Origin: Promethearchaeota archaeon
GTDB taxonomy: Archaea > Asgardarchaeota > Thorarchaeia > Thorarchaeales > Thorarchaeaceae
Assembly (NCBI GenBank): GCA_048939765.1
Contig: JBHLPF010000007.1
Coordinates: forward strand, 1 to 64,000
Direction: 5' to 3'
DNA length: 64,000 nucleotides
The first letter of the stretch is position 1. Every line of letters starts with the position of its first letter. This document shows positions 40,896-50,668 of this stretch, piece after piece. Position numbers and translations under genes: made by a program. The notes beneath the pieces are model-generated. The model was not told the DNA's origin. It saw nothing but the letters and a program-made list of their open reading frames with translations, and made no database searches.

Positions 40896-41867
40896 ATGAA
40901 AGATCCAAGCGTTAACGAGAAGGCACTAGAGATTGTCAAGGAGATGATGGATAGAAAGGACGAACTCAATTGTACTGTGACTGAGCAGGGTAATGGAGCT
41001 ACCCTGATTGACGCGGGTATTGATGTGTCCGGGGGAATTGAGGCTGGAAGACTCGTCGGGGAAATCTGTCTCGGAGGCCTTGGAACCGTTAGGATTGCCC
41101 ACCAGCACGTTGGCGACATGACATTTCCTGCAGTGGTGGTCAGTACCGATCATCCTAGGATTGCGACCATGGGATCCCAATTTGCAGGATGGGCTGTTGA
41201 TGTCAAAGGTGACGAGGGGAAGTATTTCGCAATGGGTTCAGGTCCAGCCAGAGCGCTTGCGGTAGTCGAGAAGAAGCTCTACAAGGAGCTTGACTACAAG
41301 GACGAGGCCAAGGTCGGTGTGATTGTGATTGAAACACGAACTCCACCTCCTGAGTTTGCAACCAATTTCATTGCTGAGAAATGTGGAATCTCATCATCAG
41401 ACCTCTATTGTGTAATGACACCGACCGCTTGTGTTGCTGGTTCGGTGCAGATTTCAGCCAGGGTTGTAGAAGTGGGCGTACACAAGCTGCACGAGTTGAA
41501 GTTCGACCCAGCCAAGATTCGAGCCGGACATGGTGTTGCACCTATAGGGCCAGTAGCCAAGAACGACAATAAGGCGATGGGGGTCACAAATGACTGCATT
41601 CTATATGCTGGGCGTACGTTCTACTTCATCAGGCCAGATGAGGAGGATGCCCTTGCAGACCTGATAGAGAAGGCACCGTCTTCAGCATCTGAACAATACG
41701 GTCAGCCCTTCTTCAAGCTGTTCAAGAGTTTCGAGTTTGACTTCTATAAGGTCGATCCGCTTCTCTTCAGCCCTGCAGAAATCACCCTTAATGACATTGT
41801 CAAGGGCAAGACCTACAAAGCAGGGTACGTGAATGCAGAGGTTCTGAAACAATCATTTGGAATGTAG
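40896..41867 (+). CDS. mch: Methenyl-H4MPT cyclohydrolase
   Basis: EICLGGL, GSGPARAL, QISARVVE, NDCILY, DFYKVDP.LFSPA. Confidence 0.95.
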   Translation: MKDPSVNEKALEIVKEMMDRKDELNCTVTEQGNGATLIDAGIDVSGGIEAGRLVGEICLGGLGTVRIAHQHVGDMTFPAVVVSTDHPRIATMGSQFAGWAVDVKGDEGKYFAMGSGPARALAVVEKKLYKELDYKDEAKVGVIVIETRTPPPEFATNFIAEKCGISSSDLYCVMTPTACVAGSVQISARVVEVGVHKLHELKFDPAKIRAGHGVAPIGPVAKNDNKAMGVTNDCILYAGRTFYFIRPDEEDALADLIEKAPSSASEQYGQPFFKLFKSFEFDFYKVDPLLFSPAEITLNDIVKGKTYKAGYVNAEVLKQSFGM

Positions 41868-41939
41868 TACCGGGTACACATTTCACATGCAGCAGCAAAC
41901 AGATAGTAGGGAGCAGATTTGATGCAAGAATGAACGAGT

Positions 41940-42704
41940 ATGCCAGCTGAGAGAATTCTGGGTGCCTTAATAATCAACGTCCGCATGGAAGTTTGTCCAT
42001 ATCAAGGAGTTCCGATAACTTTGCAGACTATTCTGGATCCAACAGTAATCTCTAGTCTAACGACTGCTTTCCTATCTTTCTGCTTATCCACTTACCTCTA
42101 TTTTCTGTGGAGAAGACAAGAGAATAGGCTCTATACTGACCTTCCATTGATGTTCAGTATAATCTTCATCAGCTCAGCAGTAAGCCAAGTGCTTCAGGCC
42201 TTGCCTTTGCTGGGCGTAATCGGAGATTCTGTTGAGATGTTTCGTATACGTGCCTTTGTAGTATTGGTGATGGTGATACCTATGGTGGTCGTGCTGCTGA
42301 GCATTCTGGCCCCTAGGTGGAGAAGGCATCACAACAAGATCACCGCAGCATCTGCTATGTATTGGATTGCTGCTACATTTCTTGGCACAAGCCGAGAGCA
42401 AATCATGACGCTCGTAATTCCCTTTTTGTTGGTACTTATGGTAGGCTGGCTTGTTATGTTCACCATAACTTGGAAAACTGGTCGATTGAAAGAAGTTCGA
42501 AGCGACCTCATGGTGTTTGCAACCATTCTTTCCCTCATTAGTCAGGGTGGAAAAGTCGCTATGATGGCCATGGGGATAGGCTTTGTCGCAGACATGATTA
42601 CGGCGATAAGTGTCATTACCTATACAGTTGCTATGGTGAACCCATGGTACAAACGGCAACAACCTTCTGCTGATTCTATTGAAGTAGCAACAGCAATGTA
42701 CTAG
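41940..42704 (+). CDS. Uncharacterised ~7-TM membrane protein
   Basis: About seven hydrophobic segments; true start may be ~42021. Confidence 0.6.
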   Translation: MPAERILGALIINVRMEVCPYQGVPITLQTILDPTVISSLTTAFLSFCLSTYLYFLWRRQENRLYTDLPLMFSIIFISSAVSQVLQALPLLGVIGDSVEMFRIRAFVVLVMVIPMVVVLLSILAPRWRRHHNKITAASAMYWIAATFLGTSREQIMTLVIPFLLVLMVGWLVMFTITWKTGRLKEVRSDLMVFATILSLISQGGKVAMMAMGIGFVADMITAISVITYTVAMVNPWYKRQQPSADSIEVATAMY

Positions 42705-42825
42705 CATTCAGTGCTGCTGTGGAGGTTCCTCCAGATTTCGAGGAATCTCTTTCCCATTTTTCGGTCTTTAAATTCCAATGATAGGACACTCAACTGGTAG
42801 CGATACAACACTAGAGGTATCTCAA

Positions 42826-43761
42826 ATGACAATTACTGAAATTGCTCAGGAGACACAAGGCAAGGAACAGACTTCTGAGCACCCTCTCTCAAAGATCGGG
42901 CTTTTGCCCCTTGCTGGGCTGCTTTTCCTTGTAGCGGTAGTCTGGCGAATCGTAGACATCTTTGTCCTCGGCTTGGGGGACACCTGGATAAACATCATGC
43001 CCTCCAAGCTGTTCCCATTGCTAATTACTGCTGGAGTGTTTTGGAAATACAGAAGGACAGAGTTCAGTTCTGTTCTAGGTCTGGCAAAGGGACCCTATTT
43101 CAGAACCCAAATTGTGCTGGGAATTGGCATCTTTGCGGCATGGCACCTCATGTTGAATGTGTTTCCCAAGATCATCTATGGGGTAATGGATCCGACCTAC
43201 AATGTTTCCTTCGTGATTCTCAATGTGGATATTCTATGGTACTTGTTCCTCTTCTTCCTCACAAATGGATTCCTAGAAGAGGTCCTTTTCAGAGGCCTTC
43301 TGCAGAACTCTTTCAGAGGGAAGACATCGACCTTTGGTGCAATTTCTCTTTCCGGACTGCTGTTTGGCGTATGGCATGTGACTTGGCCAATAGTGAATGG
43401 ACTCGACAGCGGGTTCTCTGTTGGACAGGCGATCTCGCTTGTGGTATTCTCTACGATTTTCGCATTATTCTATGGCTATTACTATGAGAACTTCTCGAGT
43501 CGTCGCACTCTAGTTGGGACCATAACAGCACACACATTCATGAATTTCATCAACGAAAACTTCAAGGTAGGTTCAGACCCGCTTGTACAGGGTCCGGACT
43601 ATTTCTACGGGTCACCGATTCTACTGGGTCTGACAATAGGTATGTTCCTGCTCACTTTCATTGTGCTAACATTCGCGGCATACAAGTACCGCATCGAGGA
43701 CGTACAGAAGCACTGGCATCGGATCACAGACTGGTGGACTGGACTGAGAGCAAATGAATAA
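42826..43761 (+). CDS. CPBP (CAAX/Abi) intramembrane metalloprotease
   Basis: EEVLFRG, LFGVWH, AH..MN motifs. Confidence 0.9.
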   Translation: MTITEIAQETQGKEQTSEHPLSKIGLLPLAGLLFLVAVVWRIVDIFVLGLGDTWINIMPSKLFPLLITAGVFWKYRRTEFSSVLGLAKGPYFRTQIVLGIGIFAAWHLMLNVFPKIIYGVMDPTYNVSFVILNVDILWYLFLFFLTNGFLEEVLFRGLLQNSFRGKTSTFGAISLSGLLFGVWHVTWPIVNGLDSGFSVGQAISLVVFSTIFALFYGYYYENFSSRRTLVGTITAHTFMNFINENFKVGSDPLVQGPDYFYGSPILLGLTIGMFLLTFIVLTFAAYKYRIEDVQKHWHRITDWWTGLRANE

Positions 43762-43821
43762 GATTTGATGACCGTTTCCGTGTCCTTTATCTGTTGAAGG
43801 AAATCTGAAGCCCCGATTGGA

Positions 43822-44100
43822 ATGAGAGTCGAGATACGATTTCGAGGTCCTCTTGCATCCAAGAGGGGCATGCTTGTCTTTAATGTAGAGATAGAAGAAG
43901 GGGCCAGTCTCGAAAGGACTCTCAAGAGCCTCTTAAGCTCGGAAGAAGCAGTGGAAAGGGTCTGGGTAGATACCGAAAAAATGGACCGTGAAGCACTGAT
44001 TCTAAGAAACGAGGCTGATGTAGGCCTTATGGGCGGTCTTGCCACTGTGCTAGAAGATGGCGACAAGATTGTGATATTACCACTGGTACACGGGGGTTAA
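43822..44100 (+). CDS. MoaD/ThiS/SAMP-Urm1-like ubiquitin-fold protein
   Basis: LEDGDKIVILPLVHGG C-terminal diglycine. Confidence 0.88.
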   Translation: MRVEIRFRGPLASKRGMLVFNVEIEEGASLERTLKSLLSSEEAVERVWVDTEKMDREALILRNEADVGLMGGLATVLEDGDKIVILPLVHGG

Positions 44101-44624
44101 ACAAATCCCGCTCCAGCCCTGATCGCTTCGATATCAAGTCGTTGTGCTTTTGATTCTATGTGATCCTTCAGTGAGTTTTCAAGAGCCTTGACAGGAAAGA
44201 TTTCGGATTTTTTCACTAGAGCACCTAGCATGACCATATTTGAAACAAGACGCAACCCCATATTGTCAGCCGTCTTCATGGCGGGAATGCTGACTATCTC
44301 AAAGTCATCTCCGGCCTCTTTGGGATTGACTAGGTCCGGATCTATCAGCAGGACTCCTCCTTTCTTGGCTCCTGAGAGGTACAGCTCAAAGGCCTTCTGT
44401 GACATCAGAACACTGTAGTCTGCCTGGCGAACCTTTGGATAGCGTATTTGCTCATCACTGATGATTACTTCGCTCTTTGCTGCTGTTCCCCTAGCCTCTG
44501 AGCCATAGCTCTGCGTCTGAACGGATTCAAGACCAGCATGAACGACCGCAGCATGCCCCAGAATGACTCCAGCAAGCACAACACCCATACCACCAGTGCC
44601 AGCAATACGGAACTCTTTCCTCAC
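44097..44624 (-). CDS. korC: 2-oxoacid:ferredoxin oxidoreductase gamma subunit
   Basis: AGTGGMGV, QSYGSEARG, NMVMLGA. Confidence 0.88.
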   Translation of the reverse strand: MRKEFRIAGTGGMGVVLAGVILGHAAVVHAGLESVQTQSYGSEARGTAAKSEVIISDEQIRYPKVRQADYSVLMSQKAFELYLSGAKKGGVLLIDPDLVNPKEAGDDFEIVSIPAMKTADNMGLRLVSNMVMLGALVKKSEIFPVKALENSLKDHIESKAQRLDIEAIRAGAGFV

Positions 44625-44635
44625 CGCATCTCATC

Positions 44636-45469
44636 TCACTGACTGGTAATCTGCCTCAGAGACTCTAGAAAGGATGGTTCAGTTCGGTCGGCAAATACAC
44701 CAAGATCTATTGTGTTGTGTTTGGGGGTGCGATACTCTATTGGGTCATCCTTCTTCCGAACTGGCAATTCTTTCATCCATTTCAGCATCTCGACAGGCCC
44801 ACCAGCCTTCGTCCTCCGACCATACGCAGTAGGACATTGGCTAAGCATTTCTACAAATGTGAAACCCTTCCGTTCTAGGGCTGTTTTCATTGCTCTTGCT
44901 GCCTGAAACGGATGAGCAGTGGTCCATCTTGCAACGTAGTTGGCTCCCGCCGCAGCTACCAATCGAGCAATGTCGAACGGGCGCTCTGGGTTACCATATG
45001 GTGTTGTACTTGTTCGGTCACCAGTGAAAGTTGTAGGTCCAACCTGCCCACCAGTCATTCCATATATCCAATTGTTTGAGCAAATGACGGTCAGGTCCAT
45101 GTTGCGACGAGCAGCATGAATAAGATGGTTCCCGCCAATTGCAGCCAGGTCGCCGTCACCGCTTATCACAACGACCTCTTGCTCAGGTATCGCCAGCTTC
45201 AGACCAGTTGCAAATGCGATAGCACGGCCATGAGTTGTATGCAGAGTGTCCGCGCGGAAATGCGGAGAAACAATCCAAGCGCCACAACCAATGCCTGAAA
45301 CAAAGGCGAACTTGCTAAGGTCTTCATGGCCTAGGTCCTTGACTGCCTTAAGGAACGCTGAGCCTGTTTCCATATTCCCGCATCCAGGGCAGAATGGGTC
45401 AGGCAGGCACTCTTCACGTAGGAATTGTCGGGCGAAGTGCTTATTGGTGACGGTCAAGTTTCTCACCAA
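44636..45469 (-). CDS. korB: 2-oxoacid:ferredoxin oxidoreductase beta subunit
   Basis: FCPGCG, SGIGC, HGRA, GDGD, YGMTGGQ. Confidence 0.92.
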   Translation of the reverse strand: MVRNLTVTNKHFARQFLREECLPDPFCPGCGNMETGSAFLKAVKDLGHEDLSKFAFVSGIGCGAWIVSPHFRADTLHTTHGRAIAFATGLKLAIPEQEVVVISGDGDLAAIGGNHLIHAARRNMDLTVICSNNWIYGMTGGQVGPTTFTGDRTSTTPYGNPERPFDIARLVAAAGANYVARWTTAHPFQAARAMKTALERKGFTFVEMLSQCPTAYGRRTKAGGPVEMLKWMKELPVRKKDDPIEYRTPKHNTIDLGVFADRTEPSFLESLRQITSQ

Positions 45470-45602
45470 GTCGGATGTCGGAGTCAGAGACTAATAACAC
45501 ATTCTCTAGGGAAGCACTTTGTATTCTGTCAAAGCATCACGCTTAAAACGACATGGCAAGACGCCTTGTTTCGCAGAGATTACACTCTAAGGTGATATTA
45601 GA

Positions 45603-46031
45603 ATGTCAGATGTCGCAGCAATGCGTGCCTTTAACCGCGAGCTGGCCTCGGTTATCGGTGCGACAGTAGAAGTTGTCATCAATACTGGTGACACATATAT
45701 CGGTACTCTGAGAGGCATTGATCAGAATACTCTGAGTATAGTTCTTTCAGATGTTGAGTCAAAGAAGGGTCCAATTCCCAGAATATTCCTCTATGGCACC
45801 AGCATTGTTTCATTCTCAGTTGCAGAGAGAGAGGTCAGTCTTGAGGGCCTTGTGAAGGAGCTTGAGAAAGCATTCCCACCCGGTGGTGTGCAGTACTTCG
45901 CTGAGCAACCATTGATCCTCGTCATGAACAAGATCAGGATTACCCCTGAAGGCGTCGATGGAACGGGTCCACTCTATGAGCGTGTGGCACAGATTGCTGA
46001 TGAATGGTTCAAGGAACATGGACTAGACTAG
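45603..46031 (+). CDS. Sm/Lsm protein with C-terminal extension (SmAP3-like)
   Basis: Sm1 Y.GTL.GID..L.IVL.D; C-terminal ...NKIRIT..GV.G.GPL..RV. Confidence 0.85.
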   Translation: MSDVAAMRAFNRELASVIGATVEVVINTGDTYIGTLRGIDQNTLSIVLSDVESKKGPIPRIFLYGTSIVSFSVAEREVSLEGLVKELEKAFPPGGVQYFAEQPLILVMNKIRITPEGVDGTGPLYERVAQIADEWFKEHGLD

Positions 46032-46128
46032 TTTACAATATGTGAATACATGACATGCTGAAGAGCTTATCAGTCCATACTAGTCCAAACTAGGTTCTCT
46101 GCTGCGACTCTGGACTATTCACATTCCT

Positions 46129-47397
46129 TCATAGGATTCTTCGTAGACCAAGTTCTTTCAGGTCCTTTTGAGTTTCCTCAGGCGGCTTGCGCTGCATCAG
46201 TTTCCTTTCAAGAGGCTTTAGTCGATCCTCCCATGAAGGGCGTCCTGTGATGGGTGGCACCTTTCCGAAGTCTCGTGCTTTCTGGGAAGCTGATTTTGTA
46301 GCAGTGGCGCTCACATGCGATGCCAGTATACCGAGTTCTGAAAGACGCGCTTTTCCAAGCAACTTTGATGCAGTGGATTCCTCCTTTGACCGTGGTAGTA
46401 ACTGTGGGCTTTTTACGCCAGTAAGAATCAACATGACTCGTAGTACTCCACTCAGGCGGGGGTCGACTCGTGCCCCCCAGATTACATTCGCATCCGTGCT
46501 CATCTTCTCTGATACTAGCTCTCCAACCTTGTTTGCCTCAGCCAGGGACATATCTGGACCGCCAGTAATATGTATCAGAGCCCCAGTCGCTCCAGTCCAC
46601 TCTACTTCGAGAAGGGGACTATTCAGAGAGTTTCGTATCGCCTCATTCGCTCTGTCTGACCCAGTGGCTTCTCCAAGGCCAACAAGTGCTACGCCACCGT
46701 TACAGATTATTGAACGGACGTCTGCATAGTCGAGATTGATTAGACTGGGCATTGTGATGGTCTCGGTGATTCCTTTCACCATATTTGCAAGGACCTCGTC
46801 AGCGACTCCAAATGCTTCCTCAAGCGGCAGGTCAGGCACTAGCTCCATGAGTTTCTGATTGTCAATCACCACCGCTGTGTCAACATTCTCTTGGAGACGC
46901 GCAAGACCAGCTGTTGCTTTATCAATGCGGGTCCGTTCCAAGCTGAATGGCATTGTGATGACCCCGACAACAATGGCATCATTCTTCTTGGCAATCTCAG
47001 CAATTACAGGTGCACTTCCGGTTCCTGTGCCACCACCCATCCCTGCAGCAATGAACACAAGGTCCGCATCACGTAGAAGCTCAGTAAGCTGATGTGTAGA
47101 TTCCTCGGCAGCAGCCTGACCCACGTGGGGATATCCTCCGGCACCAAGACCACGTGTGATTCGCTCACCTATCAAGAGCTTTCGATGAGCTGTGGTCACA
47201 GCAAGGTGCTGGCGGTCTGTGTTGATGGCAACGCACTCGGCGCCTTGGACTCCGATCGTCATCAGCCGCTTCACTGTATTATTTCCTGCACCACCACAAC
47301 CAACCACTACAATCCGTGCCTGACCCATGTCACGTTGAGGAAAACCGCTCCTTTCAACGCGACTGTGTTCTCTAGCTGAATCGATCAGTGATTTCAT
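46129..47397 (-). CDS. ftsZ: Cell division GTPase FtsZ
   Basis: [35 protein letters not shown]. Confidence 0.97.
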   Translation of the reverse strand: MKSLIDSAREHSRVERSGFPQRDMGQARIVVVGCGGAGNNTVKRLMTIGVQGAECVAINTDRQHLAVTTAHRKLLIGERITRGLGAGGYPHVGQAAAEESTHQLTELLRDADLVFIAAGMGGGTGTGSAPVIAEIAKKNDAIVVGVITMPFSLERTRIDKATAGLARLQENVDTAVVIDNQKLMELVPDLPLEEAFGVADEVLANMVKGITETITMPSLINLDYADVRSIICNGGVALVGLGEATGSDRANEAIRNSLNSPLLEVEWTGATGALIHITGGPDMSLAEANKVGELVSEKMSTDANVIWGARVDPRLSGVLRVMLILTGVKSPQLLPRSKEESTASKLLGKARLSELGILASHVSATATKSASQKARDFGKVPPITGRPSWEDRLKPLERKLMQRKPPEETQKDLKELGLRRIL

Positions 47398-47579
47398 TGC
47401 CCTACGACCTCGCCAGCGCTAACACTACTCTTCATGCTGCGCTCCCAAAGCTCACGCTTGAGTAGATCCCTAATTGCGATTCTTATGGCTTCAGAGCGAT
47501 TGGGATAGAGCCCACGATTCACCAATCGTTGAATGTCTTCGATTATCCTCTCGGGGAGGTGCACAGCGATGAGACGCAT
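47394..47579 (-). CDS. cdrS: Ribbon-helix-helix regulator, CdrS-like; overlaps the ftsZ start (ATGA)
   Basis: MRLIAVHLP...LV..GLYPNRSEAIR.AIRDLL, directly upstream of ftsZ. Confidence 0.8.
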   Translation of the reverse strand: MRLIAVHLPERIIEDIQRLVNRGLYPNRSEAIRIAIRDLLKRELWERSMKSSVSAGEVVGQ

Positions 47580-47706
47580 TACTAGACCTCTATAAAGAGA
47601 GTCTAATCTCGAGATATGAATGTGGATATTACTCTGGTGTTAGATTCCCGGAGCGTTGGAGGACTAAAAAGAAAGGTTGGAGAAGAGGTCTAGCCTCCTC
47701 TCAGTT

Positions 47707-48426
47707 CTACTTCTTGCGGCCTGTACGTCTGGCTGCAATGTTTCCCACCTTGCGGCCAGGAGGAGCATGTCTGCTCACGGTCGTGGGCCTACCAGGGGAC
47801 TGATGCGAACCACCACCGTGTGGGTGGCTAGCTGCATTCATGGCAGCACCACGCGTCACCGGCCACTTACGAGCTTTGCCTCGAACATGATGCCAGACAG
47901 CACCAGCCTTGAGGAACGGTCTCTCTGTCCTTCCCCCGCCGGCCACTATTCCAATGGTTGCTCTGCATCTTGGACTAAACGCCTTCTGCTTGCCGCTCGG
48001 CAGGCGTACCATAGCCTTAGACTTGTCAATCGATACGATTGTTGCAGTCAGTCCAGAGGAACGGACATATTTGCCACCGTCTCCAGGATTGCCCTCGATA
48101 TTGTAGACGGGTGTGCCTTCTGGAATGTGTTGAAGCATCATAGTGTTGCCGTTTTGCAATGCTGCATCCTCGCCACACTCAACAATCTGACCTACCTGAA
48201 CACCCTCAGGAGCTATCATATAGTGAACCCTAGATTCTCCCTCATACTTGACTTGTGCCAAAGGAGCACCCCGACCAGCCTCATGTTGTAGGTCTATGAC
48301 TTTACCGACGTAGGTCTTCTCTGGCGCCCACTTGGGGTGCCTAGCTGGTGCAATCTTCTTATGACTTGGACTCCTCCACTGAGTTGTGCCTCTTCCCTTT
48401 CGTTGCACGAGTACCCGTTTACCCAT
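47707..48426 (-). CDS. rpl2: 50S ribosomal protein L2
   Basis: QRKGRG, AMNAASHPHGGG. Confidence 0.98.
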   Translation of the reverse strand: MGKRVLVQRKGRGTTQWRSPSHKKIAPARHPKWAPEKTYVGKVIDLQHEAGRGAPLAQVKYEGESRVHYMIAPEGVQVGQIVECGEDAALQNGNTMMLQHIPEGTPVYNIEGNPGDGGKYVRSSGLTATIVSIDKSKAMVRLPSGKQKAFSPRCRATIGIVAGGGRTERPFLKAGAVWHHVRGKARKWPVTRGAAMNAASHPHGGGSHQSPGRPTTVSRHAPPGRKVGNIAARRTGRKK

Positions 48427-48438
48427 ATCATAACCTCC

Positions 48439-48699
48439 TTAGAATATCCCGAGGTTAGTTGCAACCTCTGCGGCACTGTATTCAGGTGCCAGACGCACGA
48501 ATGCCTTCTTCTTTCCATCAGGCAGTATCAACGTGTTGACGCTATCCACTACCACATCGTAGAGGGATTCCACAGCCCATCGAATGGTAGTCTTGTTGGC
48601 TCTCCGGTCAACATAGAAGGTGAGCTTGTTATGACTGTCAACAGCCTCTAGGCTTGCTTCTGTGACCACTGGTCGAATAATGACTTGATTCGGATCCAT
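48439..48699 (-). CDS. rpl23: 50S ribosomal protein L23
   Basis: PVVTE, NKLTF.V, VNTLI..GKKKAFV. Confidence 0.97.
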   Translation of the reverse strand: MDPNQVIIRPVVTEASLEAVDSHNKLTFYVDRRANKTTIRWAVESLYDVVVDSVNTLILPDGKKKAFVRLAPEYSAAEVATNLGIF

Positions 48700-48710
48700 C
48701 TCATCTCACC

Positions 48711-49499
48711 TCACAGAAACAGCGACTCCTTCTCAAGCCGCTCTATGGCGGATGTTGTCCATAGCACAAGCCGGCCTGGATGTGTCCCTGGTGCCAACAG
48801 GTCTGCGTTCAGTCCATGAACTTCAGCGATGTCTACACCTGGGAGATTCCGGGCAGCCTTGACGATTCCTTTGTCCTGTCCTACTACAATCAAGAAGGAC
48901 TTCGGGGTCTTCATCTTTCTGCCGCGCATCTTCCCCTTGCCAGCCCTGACACCACGACCATTGATGGCCCGCATCAGATCGTCTTCAAGCCCTAGTGCTG
49001 TGACTACATCACGGACCTCCTTGGTAGTCTGCAATGCTTCGAGCTTCTCACTGACTATTAGGGGCACTGAGGGCACTGAGCCAGTCTTGTGGCCTCTCTG
49101 TTCCACAATCTTCTTGCTGGCTGTGGCTGCAATAGCAGAACGAATGGCAAGACGGTTCTCCTTCTTATTGATCCTCTCGATGATGATTTTCCGGGCCTCG
49201 GGTGGATGGGCAACTCTGCCTCCAACGGTCCCAGGAGCGAAACCTGCCTTATTTGCAGCTGCAGTTCCACTGCCTTTTATACGAGGCATCCTTGATCTTC
49301 CGTGACCTGTCTGCCAGCTCTCCGCTGTATTTCGTTTTCCAGCAAACTCATCCACACCATGAGGTTGACGCCTCTTTGACTGGACCGCAAGCACAGCTCG
49401 CTTGATGATGTCGGGGCGATAGGCAGTTTCGAACTGAACAGGTAGCTTGATCGAAGGACCAGCCTTTCCTTTCAACGAATATGTCTTTACGCTAGCCAT
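48711..49499 (-). CDS. rpl4: 50S ribosomal protein L4
   Basis: AESW.TG, GGRVAHPP, RAGKGKMRGR, LAPG.HPGRL. Confidence 0.98.
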   Translation of the reverse strand: MASVKTYSLKGKAGPSIKLPVQFETAYRPDIIKRAVLAVQSKRRQPHGVDEFAGKRNTAESWQTGHGRSRMPRIKGSGTAAANKAGFAPGTVGGRVAHPPEARKIIIERINKKENRLAIRSAIAATASKKIVEQRGHKTGSVPSVPLIVSEKLEALQTTKEVRDVVTALGLEDDLMRAINGRGVRAGKGKMRGRKMKTPKSFLIVVGQDKGIVKAARNLPGVDIAEVHGLNADLLAPGTHPGRLVLWTTSAIERLEKESLFL

Positions 49500-49516
49500 T
49501 TCCTTTCAACCTCCAA

Positions 49517-50524
49517 TCATTGCTTGGATGTAGTACTGATGTAGTTCACCTGAGTCACTTGACCAAGATGCGACCTCTTGGGCCGAATTGCTATTCTGAG
49601 TCGGACTGGTCTCTTGACAGGACCTGGAACTGAGCCCCAGAGGATGACGTAGTCACCTCGTATCACGCCATAGTTTACAAAACCGCCTGAAGGGGTGATT
49701 TCCTCACCACGCTCGCCCATCTTCAGTACTTCATTGTTGAAACTGGTACGTGTATGAAATCCAGTCTGTCCAGGACGTGGAACACTGTAACGAATATTCG
49801 TAGGAGACCATGGACCTATACAACCAACACCACGCTTGGTCTTACGCGATTTGTGCTGAAGAATCCTGATTCCCCAACGACGCACTGGACCTTGGAACCC
49901 ATGTCCCTTTGTAACAGCGATTGTGTCAACCAGAGTACCTTCTCGAAGGATGTCAGCGACACGTACATCATTGCCCAACACGCCCTTTGCATACTCAAAT
50001 GCTTCCTGAACGGTGGAAGCCCCCACCTTGTATTCTGAGATATCGGGTTTCTTCTTTGATACTCCAGCAAGCCGTGGTTGGGTATGAACTAGTACGCGAA
50101 TCTCATCAAATGTATCAAGCTGTGATTCGAACTCCTTCATCTTTGCCTTATGTTTGTACTTCTTTGGCAAGGGCATTGCTTTTCGCAGATTCTCAGAGAG
50201 ATTCTCTGCCAAGACTTCCGCAATAAGTTTCCGACCATACGCTGTAGCTTTGTATCCACGGATAGAGAAAGGCCTGATTGGAGGAGTGTCGACAATCGTG
50301 ATAGGGATGACTCTCTCCTGCCCCTTAAACGGACTGTTCGGATTTTGGACTGTCATCACTGCATGAGACATTCCGGCTTTGAATCCAACGAAACCAAGCA
50401 GCCTTGCATCGGAACCATCATGCTCTGGCCAGTTCTTAATTCTGGGCAAGAATTTTGATGCCCTTCCTCGAGGAAGATAAGCGAGACTTCCTCTTCTAGG
50501 CGCATGTTTCTTTCTATGTGCCAT
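49517..50524 (-). CDS. rpl3: 50S ribosomal protein L3
   Basis: PRRGSL, GFKAGM, TKGHGFQGPV.RWG. Confidence 0.98.
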   Translation of the reverse strand: MAHRKKHAPRRGSLAYLPRGRASKFLPRIKNWPEHDGSDARLLGFVGFKAGMSHAVMTVQNPNSPFKGQERVIPITIVDTPPIRPFSIRGYKATAYGRKLIAEVLAENLSENLRKAMPLPKKYKHKAKMKEFESQLDTFDEIRVLVHTQPRLAGVSKKKPDISEYKVGASTVQEAFEYAKGVLGNDVRVADILREGTLVDTIAVTKGHGFQGPVRRWGIRILQHKSRKTKRGVGCIGPWSPTNIRYSVPRPGQTGFHTRTSFNNEVLKMGERGEEITPSGGFVNYGVIRGDYVILWGSVPGPVKRPVRLRIAIRPKRSHLGQVTQVNYISTTSKQ

Positions 50525-50668
50525 TATGTGTTCACCTGTAGTTTTGCAGCCCAGTCATCTCAATTGCGAATTGTTCAGTAGTAGTATGGTCTAACAACTG
50601 AGCTATTCGTACTACCGGCCGCGCCATCTGGTGGTCCGCTTTTTAAGTTTCCCCTCTGACTCAAATCC

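Noticed and set aside
41940-42704. 7-TM protein as a rhodopsin
   Set aside because: No lysine in the last helix for retinal attachment.
47582-47693. 10-bp inverted repeat CTAGACCTCT/AGAGGTCTAG flanking the rpl2-cdrS gap (MITE-like)
   Set aside because: One arm is the cdrS ribosome-binding site and the other is part of a local hairpin; no target duplication or second copy.
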